Below the pieces are notes generated by a model. The model was not told the origin of the DNA, made no database searches, and worked only from the letters and a program-made list of their open reading frames with translations. This document shows, one piece after another, positions 50,487 to 58,035 of a stretch of 64,000 nucleotides of DNA (the first letter of the stretch is position 1; the number at the start of each line of letters is the position of its first letter). The DNA comes from a virus. The position numbers and the translations under genes were made by a program. Where the stretch lies: the IMG/VR virus record IMGVR_UViG_3300002307_000001, positions 32,001 to 96,000 of that record, one strand, 5' to 3'.

Positions 50487-51973
50487 TATGTATATGATAT
50501 TGAAAGTGTTACAAAAGTAAATGCTGTACAAGAGTTTACTACAAACTCTATTATATCTCCGGATGCAAGTGCTGTAGATCCCCAACCTGTAAGAGTAGAA
50601 TCTGTTGCTTTTTGAGCAGATGTTATAGTAGGTAAATCTGTACCTGCAATAGATATTGTAGTAGGGAACCCACTATAAGTAGATCTTTTTACATCAATTA
50701 CTATTGAACCAGATGCTTGATCACCAACTAATGTCCAACTTATTATTGTACCTACTCTTGGCATTCTTAAATAACCTTTTGAGCCAGTTGATATAACTCC
50801 ACCTCCTCCACTTAAAGTAATTCCCAATGAGCCACCACTACCTGTAGCAGATAGTGTATTGCCTGACATACTAATGCCTGTGCCCAATATTATTTCCTGT
50901 ACAGGTGTTGTAGTTGAAGAACTGCCAAGTAATTTAGAGGTAGCTGAAACAGCTTGCATCTTTGCATAGGTAACAGCATTTGTAGCTATAGTAGCTGCAA
51001 CTGAACCAGGACCTGTGGCAGTAACATCTCCTGTTAAAGCTGTTATTGGATTTCCTACTACATTTATGTTACCATTAAGTTTTTGTATTGCACTTAATAT
51101 ACTATCAGAGGAAGTTATAACACCTGCACCACTTACATATCCTGTAAGAACTTTTCCTATTACTGCAGAATTTGAAAGAACAAGTGATATAGAAGTAGAA
51201 CCTGAACCATTTGCTTCTCCTGTAACTGCTATTGTTTGATTACCTGTAATATAAGTATTTGCATCTAAACTACCATCTGCTTTTACAAATTGAGAAGATG
51301 TGCCAGATATATAACTTATAGTTCCAGAAGTAGATTTAACAATACCAGTACCAGATAATGCAGATTGTTTGGTATTCCAAGTAGATGCAGAAGCAATCCT
51401 ACTATCTGCTAATGTACCTGCCCATGTCAATGTATGTGCAGTACCTGTTGATACAATAGTTACATTAGTATCATTTACAAAAGTTTGCGTTGTTCCTGTA
51501 AGACCATTAAGTGATGTTATAGCTGTTGTAATGTAAGATACATTAGTCGCAGCAGTTACTTGTCCTTTAGCATTTACTGTCACATTATTATATGTACCTA
51601 CATTACTATTTACTACAGGTAATGACAATGACCATAAACCAGATGTAGTAATAGGAGAGAAACCAGTAACTGTTATATCAGAAGATGAAAGCCCTACAGA
51701 TGTTACTGTACCTCCTCCTGCTGATCCTGTAACACCTCCTATCATTTGCCACTCAGTACCATCATAATAAATATAAGATCCGGATATCCATGTTTTTGTA
51801 CCGCTACCCAAATTTCTATTCCACATAAAATAGCCTGTACCAGGTACAACAGTAAATTCAGTAGCTGTGACAATTTGATAGCAATTTCCTAAAGTACCAA
51901 CACCATCTGCTAGAGATGGTGTATTGGTAGTAGCATACCAAAAACCTAAATGGTTTAATACTGGTAGGGACAT
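50486..51973 (-). CDS. Tail fibre protein
   Basis: GTVTSV, VTVNAKGQVT, ITSLNGLTG and LTGDVT repeats. C-terminal GSIVIDV...ASGDIIEFVV domain. Confidence 0.75.
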   Translation of the reverse strand: MSLPVLNHLGFWYATTNTPSLADGVGTLGNCYQIVTATEFTVVPGTGYFMWNRNLGSGTKTWISGSYIYYDGTEWQMIGGVTGSAGGGTVTSVGLSSSDITVTGFSPITTSGLWSLSLPVVNSNVGTYNNVTVNAKGQVTAATNVSYITTAITSLNGLTGTTQTFVNDTNVTIVSTGTAHTLTWAGTLADSRIASASTWNTKQSALSGTGIVKSTSGTISYISGTSSQFVKADGSLDANTYITGNQTIAVTGEANGSGSTSISLVLSNSAVIGKVLTGYVSGAGVITSSDSILSAIQKLNGNINVVGNPITALTGDVTATGPGSVAATIATNAVTYAKMQAVSATSKLLGSSSTTTPVQEIILGTGISMSGNTLSATGSGGSLGITLSGGGGVISTGSKGYLRMPRVGTIISWTLVGDQASGSIVIDVKRSTYSGFPTTISIAGTDLPTITSAQKATDSTLTGWGSTALASGDIIEFVVNSCTAFTFVTLSISYT

Positions 51974-51987
51974 TTGTTAGATTTTAA

Positions 51988-52689
51988 TTAGTTACTATGT
52001 TCTGCATTTTGATTTAAATTTTGTTGTTTTGCATAGTTATCCATATCATCTGCGAGTATTGCTGCACCCTCATTAATAATAGTTTCTATAGTATTATCAG
52101 AAAACTCACATTCAACATCTGTTATTACTGGTAAACCTGTATCAGGATTTGTACAACCTGCTATTTCAATATGTATAGGTTTTCTATAATAAGTAATACT
52201 AGGGTTAACTATATCAAAACAATTGTTTGTATATATTCTAAAATTACCACCTATAACCGTTGCAATTGTTTCTGCCCATTCATATGAGGGTTGCCTATTT
52301 TTATCTAATAGAATCATATCAATGTCGGCTTCTTCTCCAAGAAATACCTTGAATTTTCTTGTCGGACAACAATCCCCCACCATTCCTTCTGTACTTATTC
52401 TTGACCATTCAAGATAATCAGATGGTAATGTTGTATCCCAATAAATTCCTTGATTAGTCATTGTAAGAGGTAACTGTTTAAGAATTACTTGAAGTTTATC
52501 AATACTTCTTATAGATCCTTCTGCAGTACTTTTAGTTTGATTAATACCTTGTAACTGTCTAATTGTCCATGCATCCATTGCTTTATTAAAAGCCTCAGCT
52601 ATCATCCAGCATTCTATATTACCATAGTCACTTGAACTAAGTTTATTTAATCGCTGTTGAAACTTAACTTGTAATAGCTGATTATTCAC
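51988..52689 (-). CDS. Tail ring/head-tail connector protein
   Basis: GTG start. LNKLSS, LPSDYL, PSYEWAET and YYRKP motifs. Crassvirales post-MCP position. Confidence 0.7.
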   Translation of the reverse strand: MNNQLLQVKFQQRLNKLSSSDYGNIECWMIAEAFNKAMDAWTIRQLQGINQTKSTAEGSIRSIDKLQVILKQLPLTMTNQGIYWDTTLPSDYLEWSRISTEGMVGDCCPTRKFKVFLGEEADIDMILLDKNRQPSYEWAETIATVIGGNFRIYTNNCFDIVNPSITYYRKPIHIEIAGCTNPDTGLPVITDVECEFSDNTIETIINEGAAILADDMDNYAKQQNLNQNAEHSN

Positions 52690-52710
52690 GTTATTGTATT
52701 TAAAATTTGT

Positions 52711-52741
52711 AAAATGGGTAGAGATTGTTAAATCCCTACCC
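52711..52741 (-). terminator. Intrinsic terminator
   Basis: GGGTAGGGATT-TAAC-AATCTCTACCC followed by ATTTT. Confidence 0.75.
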
Positions 52742-52748
52742 GATTACT

Positions 52749-52802
52749 TTAGCATTTTCCTTTCGGCATTTTTGGCTTACTTGGCTTACTTGACTTTGCC
52801 AT
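52749..52802 (-). CDS. 17-aa basic peptide MAKSSKPSKPKMPKGKC (not in the track)
   Basis: ATG at 52802 and TAA at 52751-52749, lying between the 355-aa gene stop and a terminator. Confidence 0.55.
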   Translation of the reverse strand: MAKSSKPSKPKMPKGKC

Positions 52803-52821
52803 ATAACTCAATTTTAATTGA

Positions 52822-53889
52822 TTACTTCTTCCATTCTTCTTCTACTTCCTCTGTAATAACACTAAGTACATCATTATTTAAAGGATTTTGAAGAAACTTT
52901 ACAACATCAATAACACCTTTGCCCATAGGGGTACTTGTCTTATTGTAGTATAGCTGACCATCTTGTTTGTAAGTCAATAACTGCATTTCTGTAGCATCAC
53001 GTACAATAGCTTGAATACGCAAATCTGCTAAAGGTTGTTTACAGTATTCTATAAACTTTTCAGCAGTCATCTTTTTATTCTTATCTACTGTTTCACCATT
53101 AATATACTTATCACAATCATCATATAAGATATCATGTGCTGTAGTCTTCCTATAACTCAATGAGTTTATTGCACACAATTTAGTTACATACAATAACTTA
53201 GTTACATCCTTATCAAACAATTTTTGCAATTCTGCACCGGCCTGATTACGTAATTTTTTAACTTCAGTTTTAATACTTGCAGTTTCTTCTTCTTTATCCA
53301 AATACCATTTTGGTGCTTCAACAGCATTTCTTGCAACATCTAAAGAAGATGCAACACAAAGAAAACCACCTGCCTGAATTGCATATATAAGAATAATATC
53401 ATGTGGATTTTTAGGATCCAGATATAATGTACTATTGCTACATTTAATTTCTACACTATCCCAATAAGTAGGAATACGTTGTTTTTTATCATCAAATTTA
53501 TCAGGTCCTTGTGAAATAAACATTGTTACTTTACTCCAAAAAGAATCAGAAAATCTACCGGTAGCCTTACCTTTCTCATCATGTTCATCTATATCTTTTT
53601 CTGTAAGAGTATAATTACCGGCTAATGAATTTTCAAGAAACACCACTGTCTTACGAATGTCTCTAATAGTAGCTTCTTTCTTCTCGCTATCACGAATGTT
53701 TTGAACTTCAGGTGCAAGTTCATTAAGACCGGTAAGATAACATTTAATACCATTACGTTCTACAAGGCCTAATAGTTCTTTATGTTGTGCACCATCTGCT
53801 ACAACCATATCATACTTTTCAAGACCTGCATTAGGGAGACCATTTATGTATGGCTTTATGCTTACCCTACTTCCTACTTTAATATTCAT
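52822..53889 (-). CDS. Conserved structural protein following MCP (portal-vertex protein-like)
   Basis: YLTGLNELAPEV, FWSKV, LDPKNPHD and FLQNPLN motifs. Synteny. Confidence 0.65.
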   Translation of the reverse strand: MNIKVGSRVSIKPYINGLPNAGLEKYDMVVADGAQHKELLGLVERNGIKCYLTGLNELAPEVQNIRDSEKKEATIRDIRKTVVFLENSLAGNYTLTEKDIDEHDEKGKATGRFSDSFWSKVTMFISQGPDKFDDKKQRIPTYWDSVEIKCSNSTLYLDPKNPHDIILIYAIQAGGFLCVASSLDVARNAVEAPKWYLDKEEETASIKTEVKKLRNQAGAELQKLFDKDVTKLLYVTKLCAINSLSYRKTTAHDILYDDCDKYINGETVDKNKKMTAEKFIEYCKQPLADLRIQAIVRDATEMQLLTYKQDGQLYYNKTSTPMGKGVIDVVKFLQNPLNNDVLSVITEEVEEEWKK

Positions 53890-53914
53890 TTTGTTTTATT
53901 TTGTTGGTTCAATT

Positions 53915-53946
53915 ACAAGATACGAAGTTATATACTATTTACCAAA
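53915..53946 (-). promoter_or_regulatory. Promoter TTTG-N20-TATCTTGT
   Basis: Variant of the recurrent motif. Would restart transcription downstream of the endonuclease insertion. Confidence 0.5.
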
Positions 53947-53948
53947 CA

Positions 53949-54947
53949 TTATATATTCTCTTTTTCTTTTTCTATTATATTAAGATATGTTTGATACTTT
54001 CTATCTAAGTAGACTGTAGCATCTTTGTAGAGATAGTCAGCTATTTTAATTGCCTCATAACTATAATAGGCAATAGAATACAAGGGAAACTCATAACCAG
54101 GTTTTATTCTTTCAGTTGGATATTTTTTACTTGTTAATTCTATTTTATTTTGACAGAACCAAATAAATTCACATATAGTATCTAATGTTCCACATATAGA
54201 TATTTGATAGGGTGTTTCTGTACCTTTTTTAGTTATGTAAGGCATGTATATACCACCATCTCCGTCAATACAACCTCGCCAAAAATCACGGCTGTTTTTC
54301 AAACTCTCATGAGGTACAGCATCATAGCTTTTTTTATTAGTAAAACCAAGTGCTTTCAATGAATCATGTATTCGTTTAGATCCTATTCGTAAACGAGATG
54401 CTAATCTACCTGCAGGTTTAACATCTTCAAGTTTAGAATTAGACCTCATAAACTCCCTGTATTTTTCAATATGTTTTTTATCCCCTCTTTGTATTAATAG
54501 TTCTACACTGTAACCTTCTACTTTTTCGCCACTTATAGAACCATCTGTATACAAAAAACCTAACCAATAAGCTGACTCAGGAGTAATAGTTTCAAAAGCA
54601 TCTTCTCTAAGATTAGTATTACCCCATCGAATTAACCATTGTTCAGACTTTGTTTTATATTTTACATCAGCACTTTTGAGAAGTTCTCGTATAGTTTTAC
54701 GTGTAAGGTGAAGAGTCTCCTCTATATATAATTGAGATTTACCTTGTTGATAAAGTTCTACTACCTGGTTAAGTTTTTTCTGATATCTTTCTGCAAGATC
54801 TTTATCAACATCTACCCCAGATTTTAAAAGAAGTCTTTTTACCACATCTCTATGAGTACCTACCTTTTCTCCAATATCAGTAAATGATAATTCTTGATTG
54901 TACAATTCAATAATCTCAGGCAATCTTTCTAACGATTTCTTATACAT
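53949..54947 (-). CDS. Free-standing double-motif LAGLIDADG homing endonuclease with N-terminal HTH repeats
   Basis: AYWLGFLYTDGSI and DFWRGCIDGDGGI. Two HTH-like repeats. LDRKY C-terminus. Confidence 0.9.
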   Translation of the reverse strand: MYKKSLERLPEIIELYNQELSFTDIGEKVGTHRDVVKRLLLKSGVDVDKDLAERYQKKLNQVVELYQQGKSQLYIEETLHLTRKTIRELLKSADVKYKTKSEQWLIRWGNTNLREDAFETITPESAYWLGFLYTDGSISGEKVEGYSVELLIQRGDKKHIEKYREFMRSNSKLEDVKPAGRLASRLRIGSKRIHDSLKALGFTNKKSYDAVPHESLKNSRDFWRGCIDGDGGIYMPYITKKGTETPYQISICGTLDTICEFIWFCQNKIELTSKKYPTERIKPGYEFPLYSIAYYSYEAIKIADYLYKDATVYLDRKYQTYLNIIEKEKENI

Positions 54948-54988
54948 AAAAATATCGCACTCCTTTTATGAAGTGCGATACAAAGATA
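54947..54988 (-). promoter_or_regulatory. Terminator-like hairpin covering the endonuclease translation-initiation region, abutting a canonical TAnnTTTG box
   Basis: Minus strand reads TATCTTTG-TATCGCACT-TCATAAAAGG-AGTGCGATA-TTTTT-ATG. Confidence 0.65.
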
Positions 54989-55034
54989 TACATAATTTCT
55001 GAAAAAGTAGCACAGAAACATATATTTATTTTCA

Positions 55035-56657
55035 TCAAAGACTGTAACCTGTGATCGGGTTTTTAGCCACGATTTTTAATAGGCGTGTGGGGTCCATTAC
55101 AACCAGTGCACCTTGCTTCTGGAACATCTTCACCTTGTAACCATTAAAGTCACCTGATGATTGGAAGCCCTTAGTACGACCCATATAATCAGCAGTACCA
55201 TTCTGATACATCCAATGGAACTCATGATCAAACTTGTCACGCAACATCTTGATATTATCTGTACCACGATCTGTTACGTCAAAGATAATATATGAATAAG
55301 ATGACAAACGGAAACCATTGATAATTGGATTTTCAATTTCGTTTGCTTCTACGTTATCAAATGCAGGGTTGATTACAAACTTAAGGTTTGCCAAGAAAGG
55401 AATAGTATATGAAGTAAATGCATAACCAAAATCCAAATCGAGAGCTTCACCCTTAATTGCACCAAGTTCATGTGCATTTTGTACCAAACCAGAATTGATA
55501 GCAAATTGCTGGATAGCCTTGTTCATTTGCTGCATACCGGCCAAACCTGTCTGAACAATCAGCTTACGTTTAGGATCCGGACCTTCAAAGTTTACCTTAC
55601 CTACATAATAGTTATAGATTTCAGAGTTAAACATATCTGTACTGAATGTACCAATGTTGTAAACCTTCTTATAACCATTATCAGATTGTATCCAAAGACC
55701 TGTAGAGAATCGCAGATCATCTGGACCATCCTGCTGAACACGACCCCCTTTACCCCACATCAAATAAGTTTCCAAGTCAGTAGTTACTTTCTTGATAGCC
55801 TGACGTTCAATTTCAGTGATAAATGCTTTACTGATCTGTCCTTCCTTCATTGCTTTCAACATACCTACCTGACCAAGACGAGTAGAAATATCTTCCAATG
55901 TACGAAGTGATGGATCTGCACGAAGTGATGGATCATTGATCTTCCAGATCTCAGTTACCGGTATACCGCCTGTATTCTGACCATTACGCATCATAGCATC
56001 AGCTTTCTGTGTAATGTGGTAAGAAGCATTTGCTTCAGCATTACCAAGGATATTATAGAACTCACGGTATCCCGCACGAGAAACTACATCATCCCATCTT
56101 TCACCATATTCACCACGACCTGAAGTTACACGGAATACCTTAGTACCAGGTACAAGATATTTGTTCTCCAAATATGCTGAACTATTATTGTTGATCAATT
56201 TACATGTGTAAACAAACTCGTTGTTACCCATTGATATAATTGGATCTTCTGTAACACGGAACTCAAGTCCACGATACTTGTCAAAAGTTAACACTGCAGT
56301 ATGACCATATTCTCTACGGTTCAATACAATACGGAAGGACTTTTCAGCAATACCCTTCTTAGTATCACTTGGATCAATGTCACGAGTGATCTGTGGTAGA
56401 TCATTAGCTACAGGTGTCTGCCATGTGTAACGACCCCTTGGATCATCTACGTCTATGGTATTACCCTTGCCAAAATTAGAGAATGCATACAGAGGCATCT
56501 GTGCAACCTGTGTATTTGCCCAAAATTCAATTGGACCCAAATCGGTAGGTTTCGCATCCTTCATCATGTTGTACAAGTGATAAGAGTCGTAGTTCGAACC
56601 TATCTCATACACGTTATCACGAAGTGCGATACCATTGTTTAAAACTGGAGTAGCCAT
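55035..56657 (-). CDS. Major capsid protein
   Basis: 540 aa. Higher-GC codon usage than its neighbours. crAss-like motifs (DSYHL, RGEYGER, ETYLMWGKGG, NPAFDN, NPITG). Order terL-portal-X-MCP. Confidence 0.9.
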   Translation of the reverse strand: MATPVLNNGIALRDNVYEIGSNYDSYHLYNMMKDAKPTDLGPIEFWANTQVAQMPLYAFSNFGKGNTIDVDDPRGRYTWQTPVANDLPQITRDIDPSDTKKGIAEKSFRIVLNRREYGHTAVLTFDKYRGLEFRVTEDPIISMGNNEFVYTCKLINNNSSAYLENKYLVPGTKVFRVTSGRGEYGERWDDVVSRAGYREFYNILGNAEANASYHITQKADAMMRNGQNTGGIPVTEIWKINDPSLRADPSLRTLEDISTRLGQVGMLKAMKEGQISKAFITEIERQAIKKVTTDLETYLMWGKGGRVQQDGPDDLRFSTGLWIQSDNGYKKVYNIGTFSTDMFNSEIYNYYVGKVNFEGPDPKRKLIVQTGLAGMQQMNKAIQQFAINSGLVQNAHELGAIKGEALDLDFGYAFTSYTIPFLANLKFVINPAFDNVEANEIENPIINGFRLSSYSYIIFDVTDRGTDNIKMLRDKFDHEFHWMYQNGTADYMGRTKGFQSSGDFNGYKVKMFQKQGALVVMDPTRLLKIVAKNPITGYSL

Positions 56658-56691
56658 TTTTATTATTCTATTTTATTGTTTACAAAATTGT

Positions 56692-57954
56692 TTATCGTTC
56701 AAAAAGATTCCTTGGTTTACTTAGTTTCTTTTTTGATGATTTAGTTTCTATATCTTCTGAATCAAAAGCTGCACCATTTGAATTATTCATCTGCTCTGAT
56801 TTAAGCTTTTTTGCTATTTCAGTAGTTGCAACATTTTTTCCTTGTTGTCTTACATTGTTTTTAAATCCTTCTGGATCTGCAAGATGGTATGTAATTTCTG
56901 CTAATAGTTCAAAATTGGGTTCTACATACTGTATGCGATCCAATAAATGTCCCAAAAGGTTTGTAGGTTTACCTGATGCACTTGGATAAGCAACATTGGT
57001 CAATCCTTCATAAAGCATAGACTGCGTCTTTCTATCTAACTTTATTCCATTTAGTTCACCTTTACCTAAAGCTTGTCCAACATTAGTTACATACATTTGA
57101 GCAGCTTCTCTTTGTTGAAGATTGAACTGTGTCTGCTGTTGTAACTGATATTCAACTTGCTCTTTTTGCATTTCATCAAGAGTTGGTTTGAAAGTTTTAG
57201 CTTTCTTTTCAAGTTTACCATCTTCTTTCCATTCTGCTATTTGTTCTTCAATAACGTCTGGTTTACCAAAGCCGGTTGCTTGCAGATAACTTCTTGTTAT
57301 AGCAATTTGTCCATCTTCATCATCAGGATCTAAAGATTTTACTTGTTCCACTCTTGCAAGTGCAGCAAACAAACCTTTCATATCTTGTCCACCTTCCATT
57401 GCATACCTTGCAGCATATTGCAATTCTTCAGGCAGTGCTTCAAAGAACTCTACTGGTGTTCTCTCAAGAAGTTCTCTTTCTTTTGATTCCCAGTTTGCAT
57501 CAAGCATTTGATACAATGTTTTTTCAGGTTGTTTAGAAAGATACTCATCAAGAGTTTGTTTTTTTTCATCCCAATCTTCAAAAGCAGAAAAATCACCTGC
57601 TTCTATTTTTTCTTTCAAATAAGAAGTCAGAGCATTCTTATCTGTTTTTGGCCTACCTGTACCATTTTGTGATTCAGTATTACCATCTTCATCTTCATCA
57701 TCTTTACCAATAGCATTCAATATCTTGTCTGCTTCTGTTTGGTCAACATTTACAATTTTGTCTGTATCTGTTTTTTCAGGACCACTTTTATGTGTCAGAT
57801 CATCTTTTGTTATTCCACTTGGTTTATCAAGAAATGACATATCTGAATCATTACTTAATATGTTAGGTACTTTAGATGTAAGAACATCTGATGTATCTAC
57901 TCCAGGGAACAACTTATCAAGATCTACAACCTCATTAGTTACTGTTGTTTCCAT
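56692..57954 (-). CDS. Acidic scaffold-like protein between portal and MCP
   Basis: D/E-rich disordered N-terminus and coiled coils. Conserved Crassvirales position. Confidence 0.65.
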   Translation of the reverse strand: METTVTNEVVDLDKLFPGVDTSDVLTSKVPNILSNDSDMSFLDKPSGITKDDLTHKSGPEKTDTDKIVNVDQTEADKILNAIGKDDEDEDGNTESQNGTGRPKTDKNALTSYLKEKIEAGDFSAFEDWDEKKQTLDEYLSKQPEKTLYQMLDANWESKERELLERTPVEFFEALPEELQYAARYAMEGGQDMKGLFAALARVEQVKSLDPDDEDGQIAITRSYLQATGFGKPDVIEEQIAEWKEDGKLEKKAKTFKPTLDEMQKEQVEYQLQQQTQFNLQQREAAQMYVTNVGQALGKGELNGIKLDRKTQSMLYEGLTNVAYPSASGKPTNLLGHLLDRIQYVEPNFELLAEITYHLADPEGFKNNVRQQGKNVATTEIAKKLKSEQMNNSNGAAFDSEDIETKSSKKKLSKPRNLFER

Positions 57955-58035
57955 TTATGTTTGTTTGTTGGTTCAATATTAAACTACACAATATTTCTAA
58001 AGAAAAAACATTCTATGTTTAGAAAAATGCACTCT

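Noticed and set aside
48619-51973. Diversity-generating retroelement target or template
   Set aside because: No reverse transcriptase in the window, and no adenine-mismatched repeat pair noticed by eye.
53890-55035. Group I intron in the MCP gene housing the LAGLIDADG ORF
   Set aside because: MCP appears to end naturally (NPITGYSL). Flanks are under 90 nt and hold promoter and hairpin elements, with no room or motifs for an intron core.
57990-58030. Terminator between portal and scaffold genes
   Set aside because: The inverted repeat is almost all A/T and weak, so it cannot be supported.
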